Source: Lama glama
Lineage: Eukaryota
Reading direction: 5' to 3'
Length of the DNA: 64,000 bases
Assembly (NCBI GenBank): GCA_028534125.1
Contig: CM052817.1
Coordinates: 7,752,001 to 7,816,000, forward strand
The notes under the pieces were generated by a model. It made no database searches. It was not told where the DNA came from and was given only the letters and a program-made list of their open reading frames with translations. A program made the position numbers and the translations under genes. Shown here piece by piece: positions 1 through 12,710 of the stretch (the first letter of the stretch is position 1; every line of letters begins with the position of its first letter).

Positions 1-1174
1 TATCCTGGATAAAACTGTCTCTATGAGGTAGGACCCTGTCCCCTCAGCACCCAGCAATTTAGAGCTCCTTCTATATAGTAAACATTCAAAAGAGGTCAGA
101 GGGAATGAATAAATGAAATATAGTTCAGGACGGGCACAAAGGACAAGAGAGAAGAGGGCAGATGGAGGGAACTGTGAACTTAGATTTTAAGAGCCTAGCA
201 TTTGTATTTCTCTTGCTGGCTTCAAACCCCCAAGTCACAATTATCTGCAAAATATGAAATAACACATGCAACAAGAGGGCTCCAACATGAGGGCCCACTA
301 CGGGCATCCCTAAGCACTCTTAAGTTTCTAGGGTCATGCTTTCTTTTAAAGTGCCCCGAGGCACTTGAGAATCTGTATTAGACAGCACAGTCCTAGACAG
401 AAATTGCTAGAGTTTCACTAATGTCTTAAGCAAATGATCTTACATTATGATGTTGAGCAGAAACAACAAATAGGTCTGCTCTGTAGTTTAAGTGAAGGGA
501 CTCAGCAGAAACATGAAGTCATTGTTTTCCTTAGGTCATTCAGATGGACGGGATGAAAGATTAGCATGAATACAACCATTTCACCTCTTAGGTGCTAAAG
601 GCAACTTAAGAGTATGAAGGCAAAACCTGCATGCATTTCCCCTAATTCTCTAAAGCGACCCATAAGTGTGGGTCAAACTACACTAATATCAGAAAAGCAG
701 CAGAAACATCAGGGTCTGTGTTAACTACAAACCTACTTCTTGCATTTTCTTTCCAGGAGAAATGGGCTGATTTCTGATCAGAGGTGGGGGCTGGGGGGGA
801 CCACTGCTGGTCAGAATTTGTCAATCCATCTCACCAACATAAAGATACTTGCCTTCACATATAGGCCATTACCAGCCGGAGAGAATTTTCAGTCTGCATC
901 CTTCTGTGGGCTCCTATCAGTCTTTTAAATCTATATTCATCTATATTTTGAGAGAGAGACAGAGAGAAAGAGATCACTCTTACATCCTCCTCATTTTTGC
1001 AGACCCCAACCATTCAATTCTTTTCTTGGGAGAATGGATTTCAAAGTATAGTAGGTTATCATTACTTGTAGTAGTTACATAAAGTCACCACAAAGACTGG
1101 ATTAGTGAATACTGAGTCACCACTCCTAGGGGAAAGACAGGGTAAGGTTCCCTGGTCACAGAGAAGCCTCTGGT

Positions 1175-2229
1175 CACATACATAAACTGATATGTGTCTC
1201 TATTTAAAGACACTTTATCTAATACATATTATTGAGTCATTAACATTGAACTCACAGCCAAGTGCACTCTAACCCACGCTTGAATGAAGCTTATCTGACA
1301 CATGTATTTTCTCTGTAAGTCACACCCATCTTCTTACATGTAGGAACACTAGACAGCACTTCAGCACTTCACTTGGGGGCCCATTTAAACAGCTGACACA
1401 CTATTGATAGATGACTGGATAAAGAAGTTGTGGTATATCTATACAATGGAATACTACTCAGCCATAAAAAGAATAAAATAATGCCATTTGCAGCAACATG
1501 GATGGACCAGGAGATCGCCATTTTAAGTGAAGTAAGCCAGAAAGAGAAAGAAAAATACCACTTGATACCACTTATATGTGGAATCTAAAAAAGAAAAGAG
1601 GACACTAATGACCTCATCTACAAAACAGAAACAGACTTACAGACATAGTAAACAATTTTATGGTTACTGGGGGAAGGGGGTAGAAAAGGATAAATTCGGG
1701 AGTTTGAGATTTGCAAATGTTAACCAGTATATATAAAAATAGATTAAACAAATTTCTTCTGTATAGCACAGGGAACTATATTCAAACATCTTGCAATAAC
1801 CTTTAATGAAAAAGATTATGATAATGAATATATGTATGTATATGCATGACTCGGACATTGTGTGCTGTGCACCAGAAACTGACACACTGTAACTGACTAT
1901 ACTTCAATAAAAAATTAAAAATTAAAAAAATAAAATAAAATAAACAGCTGACACAGCACCAAGAAGCAGAAAAATGCAAAACACATATGACTGAACAGCC
2001 CATGAGAAGGACACTTGTCTACAGTGTGGGCTGAAACAAGAGAGCAGAGCATTGCTTTGTTCAGCCTCAGTCGGAAATATGCATGACAGGTGACTTGAAT
2101 TTGTCACTACCTGTCCTACGCCCACAAATGGTTGTGAAAGCACTGTGTGTTGATTTTGATGTTACAGTACATTTTAGCCAGTAGCTTAGTTTGCAAATAA
2201 GGAATCTATAAATAATGGGATCAACTGTA
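1175..2229 (-). mobile_element. TcMar-Tigger DNA transposon relic (MER82-like), interrupted by an L1 at 1401-1940
   Basis: Right end reads ttgcaaataaggaatctataaataatgggatcaactgta, the reverse complement of a Tigger CAGTTGATCC... terminus plus TA. Internal blocks (taggaacactagacagcacttcagcac; aaggacacttgtctacag) match a remembered consensus on both sides of the L1. Left boundary approximate. Confidence 0.7.
1401..1940 (+). mobile_element. 5'-truncated lineage-specific LINE-1 (ORF2 end, 3'UTR, A-tail)
   Basis: L1 motifs atacaatggaatactactcagccataaaa and atgccatttgcagcaacatggatgga; A-rich tail; perfect 15-bp TSD taaacagctgacaca at 1386-1400 and 1941-1955. Confidence 0.95.
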
Positions 2230-2244
2230 ATTACAAGAAAACGC

Positions 2245-2470
2245 TAATATCTATCATTCAATCTCTGCTTGCCAGACACTGGTCTACACTCTAGGTATTT
2301 GCCTCAGTTAATCCTCACAAGAAGCCACTGAGGTGGGCGCAATTTCCATCCCACATCGTAGACGAGAAAACGACAGACAGAGAGCCTGAGGGCCTTCCCG
2401 CTCAGGAGTGGTACCAGCATTCAGTCCCTAGACGTGTGACTTGGAATCCATGCTCTCAACCACGATGCAG
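2245..2470 (-). mobile_element. MIR SINE
   Basis: ttaatcctcacaagaagccactgaggtgggc followed by a degenerate MIR core, antisense. Confidence 0.65.
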
Positions 2471-4799
2471 AACAAGTCCATTGGTCTTTTTCCCAGCTTG
2501 GGCCACCCATCAATGTGCTTCCCTAAGTAAAATAATCATATTCCTGAGCTTGAATTATTCTGAACACTCCCTGAGGAGACAGAATAAGGCTAGAATCAGT
2601 TTTTGTTTTCAATGGTAATTATTTCTCTCTTCTTGCCAAATACAGGCGACAGTTACTATGTGCAAGGGACTGCCACCCAGGTTTGGGGTGGGGGTAGGGA
2701 GGGGTTACCAGCTATGTGAGTAGCCAGCAGCTGCAAAAGTGATGAAAGCCACTGACTCCTAGACCCCCCAGCCCTCATACACCCTTCTGAAGAGATTCAA
2801 TTCATGTTTCATTAAGTGCAGTTGCCGGTTCTACATCCCTGAACACATGGGGATCTCTGTACCTTAGCAGTCATGTCAATCCATTGATGGAAGGGGGTTG
2901 GTATAGAGCTGGGTGGGGAGGATGTGGTACCCTGCTCCTGCTCACCATGTCTCACCACCATCTTCCACTGGCCCCACTTTCCTTCCCCCGACCCCCACAG
3001 CTCTGGATGTGGGACAGATATGATCATTCCATATCTCAAGAGAGGAACGAAAAGTTCAGAGAAATTGTGACATAACTGGTAATGAACAAAGGTTAGACCA
3101 GAAGTAAGACTGACCTGGTATTTATGAACATGCAATTAACCATTTCAAATGTGTTTCAGAAACCATTTAAAAATGAGAAGGGATTTTGCATTTAATCCTC
3201 ACAACATCCCTGCAGGAAAGGCATTACTATCTCTATTTGACAGACTGAGACCAAGGCTTGAAGAGGGTCAATGATTTCCCTCCCGTCATGTGACTGATAA
3301 GCTGAAGACACAGGACTGGAGTCACATTTTTTGTCTCCTGGGCCGGCGCTCTTCCTGCTGCCTTTGGGCAGGTCAGAAAAAGAAGCAGCGCACCCCAGGC
3401 AGGTGACTCAGCACAAGCAAAGAAAGGCACACAGGTGCGACTGTCACTGTGCCCAACTGCTGACTGCCCCTCGTTTCCTCGGCAGATATTTATTGTCCCC
3501 TGGAATGTGTCAGGGATGTAATACAACAGTGGACAAAATAGACACAGCTTCTGATGCCTTAAGAAACACACTGAGCAAGGCAGTCAAGGTAAGACGAGAG
3601 GGACAGGAAATATGCAGGTGATGGAGAGCAGGTAACAGGAGACCCTCACCTTGCTGGGGAGTCCAGGGAATGCTTATTATGAAAGTGACAAGGTGGCTGA
3701 TACCTAAAAGTGATGGCAGGAAGCAGCTGCTAGGACAAAGGAGATACAAAAGCCCCAAGGTAGGAAAGATTTGGGAAAATCTCAGAAGCTAAGAATCCAA
3801 ACAGATGAAAAAAACATAAAGAGCATGGGGCGGGGAATGTGAGATGGAACTGGAACAACAGAGCAGATACTGTAGGGCCTTCTGCCTCAAGGACCCAAAG
3901 ACCTCAGTACAGTGGACCAGCCACTGGGCCTCTCAGCTGTCCGGGGTCCCTTGTTGAGGGAGGAAGGCAAGCCTGTTAAGCTCTTTAATCTCTCCCCCTA
4001 GGTCATTTCCTCCAGCTACAAATGAATCATACAGTTCCCTTCTCCCCATCCACATGGCCTGGGTACCGAGGCTGGGAGCAGGGGCCTGCTTTCCAGGTGC
4101 AGTCTCACCAGTGCCATATAAAGGGGGATTATTCCCTTTCCTGCAGCTTGACTCCTAGCACAGGCCGGCCCAGCAGGGTCGGCTTTCCTCACGGCCAGAT
4201 CACATTACGAGCTAATATCTAATTTGTAAGTTCTATATCACACCTCAGTTTCACAGTGTTGTGGCTTCCAAGTGACGGTTCATGCCTTCCTTTTTAAAAA
4301 TTAGCTGAGTGCCCTACGGTGAGAAAAGGAACATAGAACGTACAACTGTACAACTGGCCGGATAAAATGGAAAGGCCCTGAATTGCTATCCGACCCCTGG
4401 GATGTAACTTCATCTCTTGGTTAACAATCTGTAAAATGGGGTCTTAATTCTCTCTGCCATTACAGAGCTGCACTGAGTCCAAAGTAAAGTGGAAAGTTTA
4501 ATGGACTGGAATTCACATTCTAATACCAGCTTTTCCACTAACCATCTCTTCTGTCTTCAGATTCCCCATGTGTAACATAAAAAGATGGAAATCTGCAGAA
4601 TCCACAGGCTCTAATAGGGTGCCCTTAAAATACAGCATTCTTTGCTTTGCTGTGTGATTAGTGGCTAGAAGATTATTCTGGAATTCTCAAACCATAAGAA
4701 TTAATATCATTGTAGTTTCATTGCTATATTTTTTAAGTGTCAAAATTATTAAGATTTTTTTGGAGATGAGGCAGAGGATAGGTAAGAGTAAACAACATT

Positions 4800-5232
4800 T
4801 TAGTAGAGTAGCAGAATGGTCTCAGTTCCTCCCAGCTCCATATCTGTGCCATGTGACCTCACAGGACATTCCACTATGGCCTTACTTTGGGGCAATGTGA
4901 TGTTGGTAAGTCTGACACAAACAGACAAAAAAAAAAGTCTTATACAATTGGGGTTGCTTCTCTTGCCATCTTCTCTAGCCATGCCAAAAGCATGCCCAGG
5001 CTAGTCCATTAGCTCCATAAGAGGATGACGAACATGTGGAGAAGAGCCAATCTACAAACACATGAACAAACCCAGCCCAACTTCAGACTCATGACTGAGC
5101 CCAGCCAAGCCCTGCCAGGCCCATCCTAGATAATCTGATCCCTGACAATGAACTAGAAATAAATATTTATTGTTGTATGACACTGAGTTTGGGGGCAATT
5201 TGTTACACAGCATTATTTTAGCAGCTGATATA
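4800..5232 (+). mobile_element. ERVL-MaLR solo LTR (MLT1H-like)
   Basis: catgcccaggctag and aacatgtggagaagagcc motifs; MLT1 3' end aaataaatatttattgttgtatgacactgagtttgggggcaatttgttacacagca. Confidence 0.75.
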
Positions 5233-5591
5233 TATCTGAACCTAAGTATTTTATAGTTTCTTTAGTCTACAGAAAAAAGTAATCTCTGACTTGTCTCTCT
5301 GCTTCATATTTCTATGTCTTCATCTGTCTTCCATCTTCCCTCTTGTCTCAGATTAAGGCATGTCCTCCCTCTGAACCAACACTAATCCTACCTTCTTTGT
5401 TCTGATTCCCTCCCTTCCAACTTCCTTTCCTGACATCCCTCCCTCCATCATTTCATCCCTTAGAAAGGTTAGTGGACTTTGACATCTTTAAGGGTGGCTT
5501 TTCTTAGGGAGGTAGATTTAAAGACTATTATCTGAAAACGATTGACTGTAACAATCTATTTTGTTTTGGAGATTTAAAAGAAAAGTGTCCA

Positions 5592-6163
5592 ATATACAAC
5601 AGCCCAGATATGGAAATAACCTAAATGTCCATAGATAGATGACCAGATGAAGAAGTTATGGTACATTTATACAATGGAATACTACTCAACCATAAATAAT
5701 AATAAAATAATGCCATTTGCAGCAACATGGATGGACCTGGAGATGGTCATTCTAAGTGAAATAAGCCAGAAAGAGAAACAAAAATACCACATATCACTCA
5801 TATGAGGAACTAAAAAAAGAAAAAAGTAGACACTAATGAACTCATCTACAAACAGAAACGGATTCACAGACATAGTAAACAAACATATGGTTACCAGGGG
5901 AAAAGGAATGGGAAGGAATAAATTGGAAGATCTAAATTTGCAGACACTATTATATATAAAATAGATAAATAACAAGTTTCTACTGTATAGCACAGGGAAC
6001 TATACTCAGTATCTTATAATACCTATAATGAAAAAGAATATGAAAACAAATATATGTATGTGTGTATATGACTGAAACATGATGCTGTCCACCAGAAACT
6101 GATACAACATTGTACACTGACTATACTTCAGTTTAAAAAAATAAAAATAAAATAAATAAATAG
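5592..6163 (+). mobile_element. 5'-truncated lineage-specific LINE-1 3' end
   Basis: Same 3'UTR type as 1401-1940 (gacactaatgaactcatctaca); A-rich tail; TSD core aagtgtcca at 5583-5591 and 6164-6172. Confidence 0.93.
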
Positions 6164-8209
6164 AAGTGTCCATCTGCTGGTAGTCCCCAGAGGTAAAAAA
6201 AAAAAAAAAGGGAGGGGGTAAACATTCTAGAAATGATCTTGAGCAGCTCTGCTGGAGGTGGTTCACCCTGGGAAGTGGCCCCAAAAGGAGGACTGAGTAC
6301 AAAGAGCTGCATCCAGGGCAGGTGAGGGAGGGGAGGCAAGCGTGGAACCTCCTTAGGGAGGGAAGATCAATGATGACAGCCTCTGCAGCAGGATGCCCAC
6401 ACCTCAGCCTCGGCTGCTACAGAATACAGAAAACTCAAACACGGCAGTGAAGCTGTCCAGAGACGTGAGCCCCCTGTACTGGCCATTAGCATCCAGAGAT
6501 TTAACTCAGTGGGGGGACTGAAGCCTTGGCAGCTCTTTTATGATAAGTATTAGTGACTTCTAGTCTGAGATCATCTAAACAATAAAATTAAATGCATTAT
6601 ATTTTTTTCTATTGAAATTTAATTTAACTTCCAGAGATGTTAAATCTACTTCTAGATTTTCCTTTAAATAACTTTTAATTTGGTTTTTCCTTATTTGGGC
6701 CCAGGTCTTGTGACCAGACTTTCAGTATCCTGCTTTTTTTCCCTCTTCCTATATATGAAACTCTACATCAAAGGAATTGGAAATACAAATAATAATTTAC
6801 AAGGGAGATGCAAACATCCTGTGGGAGGTGACAGTCACATAAACATTAAGTGATATTTATAATATATAAGTGTATCATATATCATTTATGACAGTAAGCA
6901 TTCAGTAGCTGTGCATTAACATGTGAAAGCATTTAAATAAAAGGATTTTTAGAAGTCTAGCATTAATAAATGCCATCAGACAAGACACTCTGTCACTTTT
7001 ATTTGTAACAGTATACTGAGCAGTTTTCAAGGTACACTCAGATACGTGTGGAAAATGCACAGATGATGGATGGATGATGAATGGATGAAACGTCATGTAA
7101 ATACATATCCTGCTATGTGCCAGATATGCTTCTAAGGTGAAGGAATACAAATAAATAAATAAAACAAATCCTTACTCTTGAAGAGACTTCAGTGATCCTA
7201 GTTCTGATCGTATTTTACAATACTAGAATTAGGCTGTTTGCGATTTACGGTAGGTTATGACATACACTTTTAGGCCAAACGTGCCTTCAGCTGGAACAGA
7301 AGCACCTGGTTATATCACTTTGACCAAGCCATTTTTGATAGAATGTTCTCCACACATCTATCTCTGAGCTTAGAACCTTAGCATAATCATCGCTTTGGGT
7401 GACTGCGTCTCCCATTAGAACGGCAGATGCTTGAGGACCAGGACTACATTCTGTTCTCAATCCATGGCATCTTGCAGGTAGTTAATCAACATTCATATTC
7501 ATAGCATGACCAACTGGCCTCATTAATGGGTCTCCCAATTTAAATTTTTACTAGAACAAGCCTCTACTTTTAATCTTGATTTTTAAAACACAGAAATAAA
7601 TGAAAATAAACCAAAGGGTCACGATCACAAGCCTGTTGGACAATTCTTTCCAAAATGTGCATGTCATCTGATTTTGCAGAGCTGTGTGCCAGGAAAGGAC
7701 ACAATGAGGTAAACATGCTGAGAAGAATAGTCAGACTAAAGACAAGAGGCAGATCACGGTCCTTCAGAGTCCCCGACAAACAGCATGTCTCTTTCTCACC
7801 CAAGTTCAGAAGAAACTATGCACAAAGGAAAGATGTTGGAAGATGAGAGATAAAATATCAACTTTGTTACTAGTGAAGTTCAGATCTATGAGAAAATGAA
7901 ATTTCTCACCATAAACTCCAGAATTATCTGCAGCCTTACACACCCCATTGCAGGCTGTCCTAGACTACCACACAGCAAGCGAGTCTCCACAAAAATTGTC
8001 CTGCTTGGAGCAGCAGGGAAAGCAAGTTCTCCCTGGGGGAATCTGGATTCCAAGAGAGAAAGAGGGGGAGAGTGGGAGCAGGCTATGTGCAACCAGTCTC
8101 TCTTCCATAACCAGGTCCTCAGAAGACCCTTCAGGGGGAGCTGAGTGAAGCAACATGAGAGGTCAGAAGTATTACTCTCACAATGTCTCTCCACATTCCT
8201 ACTAATCAA

Positions 8210-8730
8210 AAGACGTGGTGTATGTATACAGTGGAACGCTACTCAGCCATAAAGAATGAAATAATGCCATTTGCAGCAACATGAATGGACTTAGAGACTA
8301 TCATACTAAGTGAAGTAAGTCAGATAAAGAAAGTTAAGTATCATATGATATTACTTATATATAGAATCTAAAAAAAAATGATACAAATGAACTTATTTAC
8401 AAACAGAAACAGACTCACAGACATAGAAAACAAACATGGTTACCAAAGGGGAAGGAGGAGGGGAGAGATAAATTGGGAATTTAGGATTAACAAGCTATTA
8501 TATGTAAAATAGATGAACAACAAGGAACTACTATTAGCACAAGGAACTACATTTAATATCTTGTAATAACCTATAAAGAAAAAGAAGCTGAGAAAGACCA
8601 GATATATGTATCTGTATATATGTGTTTGTGTGTGGATGTGCATGACTGAATCACTTTGCTGTACACCTGAAACATTATATATCAATATACTTCAATTAAA
8701 AAAAGAGTCAAAAATAAAAAAAAAAAAAGA
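8210..8730 (+). mobile_element. 5'-truncated LINE-1 3' end (older cetartiodactyl type)
   Basis: ataatgccatttgcagcaacatgaatggacttagag, atacaaatgaacttatttacaaaacagaaacagactcacagacatagaaaac, then an A-tail. No clear TSD seen. Confidence 0.92.
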
Positions 8731-9539
8731 GAGAGAAGTTGGGGATGGGCCATTTTCACTTCTGAGAAAGGCTGAGCTTGAGAACATGGGCGAGTGGGTG
8801 ACCCAAGATCAAAACCATCAATGAGCTGGTTAACAAGAAGGCTCAGAACAAGCCCAGAACCTCGAGCCCTCCCAGACAGCTTCTGCTGCTGCACACAGCC
8901 CGTCTCCTCTCCCGCTCTTCCCTCCAGGCCCTGACAACCATACCTTCCCTCTGTTCTTTCTGTCAAAGCACTCTGAACTAAGGCATTCTCCCTCTTCTTT
9001 TCATGATCAACGTCATCATTGCATAGTATAGACGCGCCCTGTTGTTTTAAATGGCAGAATTTACTTCCTTGTTCTTTTGGTTTTTTTGGGGGGGGGTGTT
9101 TTCTTGGATACACATGAATTAAGTGCAGGTCTAAATTTTCAAGAATCTCTTTAGTGTTTAATTTTCTGTGGGGCATACAGTGAAGAAAGGAGCACACACA
9201 TTCTTGCAGAGTTAAATGCTGCCAGAGAAACTGAAAGAAAAAAGGTACTGAGCATTTCTAAAGCTTCTATATTGAAAGTGCATCAGGTTGACGGTGATTA
9301 AAATACCGCACACTGTAAAACGTGTGAAAGACGATGAACCGGGGCCAGCAAAAATATTTTGTTCTCTCAGGTGAGTAAAATCCTGGATGACATGATTTTC
9401 ATGGATTCTAGACCTAGCTCGAGATTATCTTAATTTGAGCAAGGCATCATCTTCTCACACTGAAAATTGGTACTTTATGGTATAGCTCACATCAGAACTA
9501 CCAGGAATGGTCTTTCTTGGAATACAGATGGCCTTTTCT

Positions 9540-9751
9540 TAACGACAGCACTGGGCTCTCCAGCGTCATGTGTTCCAGGAAATCAGTTGTTTAAACTGCC
9601 TTCTTCTGTACCAGTGAAAGAAACAAACATTGTTTTATGCGTGTGTGTGTGTGTGTGTGTGTGTAAAACATACACATATTTACAGTGTTATACATATATA
9701 TACATACATATACTATTGGTTCTGTTTCTCTGAAGAATCTTTATTAATACA
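9540..9751 (+). mobile_element. MLT2 (ERVL) LTR 3' fragment containing a (GT)n microsatellite
   Basis: Terminus ctattggttctgtttctctgaagaatctttattaataca is MLT2-like; (GT)n run at ~9641-9664. Confidence 0.55.
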
Positions 9752-9809
9752 CCAGACAAACAAAACATGGGATTACCTACTGCTTAGAATATAAATACCT
9801 GCCTCCTTT

Positions 9810-10370
9810 ATTTTTTTATCTTTATTGAGCCATTATTCATGTATTATAAAGTTCACTCTTTCAAAATGTACACTTCAGTGATTTTTAGTATATTTATAAA
9901 GTTGTAAAATTATCTCCACAGTCCAACTTCAGAACATTTTCATCACCCCCAAAAGACACTTCCTACCCACTAGCAGTCATTGCCGACCCCTACTCCCTAT
10001 CGCCACCCCTGGAAACCATGAATATGCTTTTGTCTCTACAGATTTGCCTTTTGTGGACATTTCATAGTTGTGGTCCAATGTGACTGGCTTCTTCACTTAG
10101 TATGGTATTTTCAAGATTCATTCATCCATTTATTAGTATTTCATTCCTTTCTGTCACTGGACAGTATCTCCCTATGTGTATATAATGTATTTTTTATCCA
10201 TTCATCAATGGATAAAAAATATCCATTTAGGTTGTTGCCTAAAACAACATTTAGGTTGTTGCCATATTTTTGTTTTTATAAATAATGCTGTTATAAATAT
10301 TTGAGTGCAAGCTTTTATGTAGTTTCACATCTTCTCCCCAAATGTCTAGCGGTAGAACTGTTGGTAGATT
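9810..10370 (-). mobile_element. Old LINE-1 3' end (L1MB-like)
   Basis: Antisense 3'UTR motifs agaacattttcatcacccccaaaaga, gatttgccttttgtggacatttcata and tgactggcttcttcacttag. Confidence 0.85.
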
Positions 10371-10469
10371 GTCCTTTACCTTTGAACACGGGAAAAACCC
10401 ATGGGGTGGGGCGAGGAGAGAGCCAAGTCCGTTCAGTTGGCACAAACTGCACTGATAGTGCCATATAGG

Positions 10470-10969
10470 GGTATATTACTCTCCTTTTCTACTGTAACAA
10501 AGTACCACAAATTAAGAGGCTTAAGCAATACATTTTTTATTATTATTCTACAGTTCTGAAGTCCAAAACGGGTCAGCAGTGCTAAATTTGTTCTGGAGGC
10601 TCCAGAGGAGAATCTATTTCCTTGCCTTTTCCAGCTTCTTGAAGCTGCTTGCTTTCTTTGGCTTATAGCCTCTTCCCCATCTTCAAAGCCAGCTGCACAG
10701 CATCTTCAAATCTCAATCTATCTCCCTCTCTCTCTCCCCCACCTCCCCCCAGCTACTGTCCTCACATCTCCTCCTCTCACTCTCCTGCCTCCCCCTTATT
10801 ATAGCCCTGTGACTATACTGGGAACACCCAGACAATCCAGAATAGTCTCTTTCTCAAGATTCTTAACCCAATCCCATCTTCAAAGTCCCTTTTCCCATGT
10901 AAAGTAACAGATTCTGGGGATGAGGATGTGGATATCTTTAGACAGGGGGTCCTTAATTTGCCTACCACA
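10470..10969 (-). mobile_element. ERVL-MaLR solo LTR (MLT1D-like)
   Basis: ctgtaacaaagtaccacaaa...ttctggaggctccagaggagaatctatttccttgccttttccagcttct; ends cctaccaca. Confidence 0.85.
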
Positions 10970-11149
10970 GGGCAATTGTCATAAATCGTGATTTGTTTTT
11001 TATACCAGATACTTTGGGGGTAGCAGGTACAGTCTATTGGTATTATAAAATTGAATTGCCCAAGCATAGGAATTAAAGTTAATTTTGATGTTATAAAATG
11101 AGAGAAACTTGTTCGCTATTTTCATTTAGATAGATATGAAACTTAGTGC

Positions 11150-11350
11150 TGTAGAAATAGTTAATCAAAGTGGTTTTATGAACGAGTTCTTGGGTCAGAC
11201 TTCTCAGTATCAAATCTTAGCTCTCCCACTTACCAGCCAAGTGACTCTGGCAAGTTATTTAAACCTTCTGAGACTCGATTTCTTCACTATACAATGGAGA
11301 ATATAAGAACATTATTTTACATACTTTCTTTAAGAATTAAGTAAGATTTA
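11150..11350 (+). mobile_element. MIR SINE
   Basis: MIR core ccacttaccagccaagtgactctggcaagttatttaaaccttctgagactc. Confidence 0.7.
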
Positions 11351-11569
11351 CCAAGAAAATTCTCAGCTTTGTTTATTTATAGAAGACTATTTTTCAGGGT
11401 ACCAGTTTCTAAGATTTTGAGTCAAGCCAGCTGTCCTGATGCTAAAATGTTTGGACACCACTAGAGATTCCAAGCCTTTTAACAGAGAATGAGGCTAGAG
11501 GTCCTTATCAGATGTTCCATTGTGACCTTCATCCCCGCAAAGACCACAACAGCCACAATGACCATAGGC

Positions 11570-11810
11570 CAGCTAACATTTATTGAGCACCTACTCTGTG
11601 CCAGACACTGTTTAAAGCATTTAATAGAAATCAATTCACTTTAATTCTCACTTCATCCCTATGAAGTAGTCATCTCCATTTTACAGAGGAGGAAACTGAG
11701 GCACAGAGAGTTTAAGCATATTGTTCAGTGCTGCACAAGCTGGCAAGAAACAAATCCAAGAGTCTAAGCTTGATCACTTGCTCTCAGGTGTGTGGGCCTT
11801 TCCACTAAGG
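11570..11810 (-). mobile_element. MIR SINE
   Basis: aacatttattgagcacctactctgtgccagacactg...ccattttacagaggaggaaactgaggcacagagag. Confidence 0.85.
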
Positions 11811-11849
11811 AAGCCATGAAGATGGTGCATGAGAGCCACGTGTGGAGCC

Positions 11850-12080
11850 AAGTGTGCATGAGAAACCAGCTGCCTGGGTTCAAAGCCTGACCCTGTGACA
11901 GGTACAAGCTGGGTAACCATAGGTAAACTGCTTAACTTCTCTGTGTCTCATCTGCACAGTGGACGTGGGTATAACATCTACCTCAAGGAGCCACTGTGGA
12001 GAGTAAATACAGCTCCATTTACAACACTGAGCACTCTGCCTCACCCAGAGCCCGTGCTCCAAAAGTGCTTCCATATTGGA
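11850..12080 (+). mobile_element. MIR SINE
   Basis: ctgcctgggttcaaagcc...cttaacttctctgtgtctcatctg. Confidence 0.7.
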
Positions 12081-12509
12081 ACTGGTTTCTTCTGAAGTAG
12101 GTTCTGCCTTTCAAATCTCTTCAAAAGTATAAGTTAATTCTATGCTCGATCACATTCTCTGATATTTGCTTATAAACTCATTTTTAGTCCTCAACAGACT
12201 TCCTACGCATTTTCTTACTCTCTCATTCATTCACTTGTGGATTGTTTTATTTCTTCAACAAATGTTTGAGCCTCCAGCATGAGCTAAGTCCTGTATCATC
12301 GGTTTTCACACCCACCCTTATCAAAAAAACAAACAAACAAACATGCAAATGGCATTAATTGTCTCCCTTTTTCTGATGAGATATTGGAGACTCGGAGACA
12401 TTAGATGACAGTGGCAGGAAAAGGTGCAGTACCCAGAAAACAAGGATTTCTTCTTCCACCCAGAAAACACTTACACCATCCTTTGCTCTGCTGGATTGGA
12501 ATGAGCGTA

Positions 12510-12710
12510 GACCGAGCACACACACCTGACCGTCAGGTCCACTTCAGCGAGCTGCCAGCTATTGACCTTCAATAGCATATTTAATCTAAGTCTCAGTTTA
12601 TTTATCTATAGAATAGAAGTGATAATATCTACCTTTCAGGGTAGTTGTGTGAGTAACTTAGTATTATCGGCATGCCTAGATGACATTAGGTATCCAATAA
12701 ATGGTTACTT
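12510..12710 (+). mobile_element. MIR SINE
   Basis: tctcagtttatttatctatagaatagaagtgataatatctacctttcagggtagttgtgtgag. Confidence 0.65.

Noticed and set aside
6689..6698. Isolated perfect CArG box CCTTATTTGG (others at 28256-28265 in MLT1B and 34807-34816)
   Set aside because: Several CArG matches are expected by chance in 64 kb and these lack supporting motif clusters; one lies inside an LTR.
8682..9197. Longest track ORF (171 aa, minus)
   Set aside because: No recognisable domain; it runs through low-complexity sequence and ends in an antisense L1 tail.
11150..12080. Inverted MIR trio as a dsRNA or miRNA source
   Set aside because: Copies look too diverged for an extended duplex, and such arrangements are common in MIR-rich DNA.
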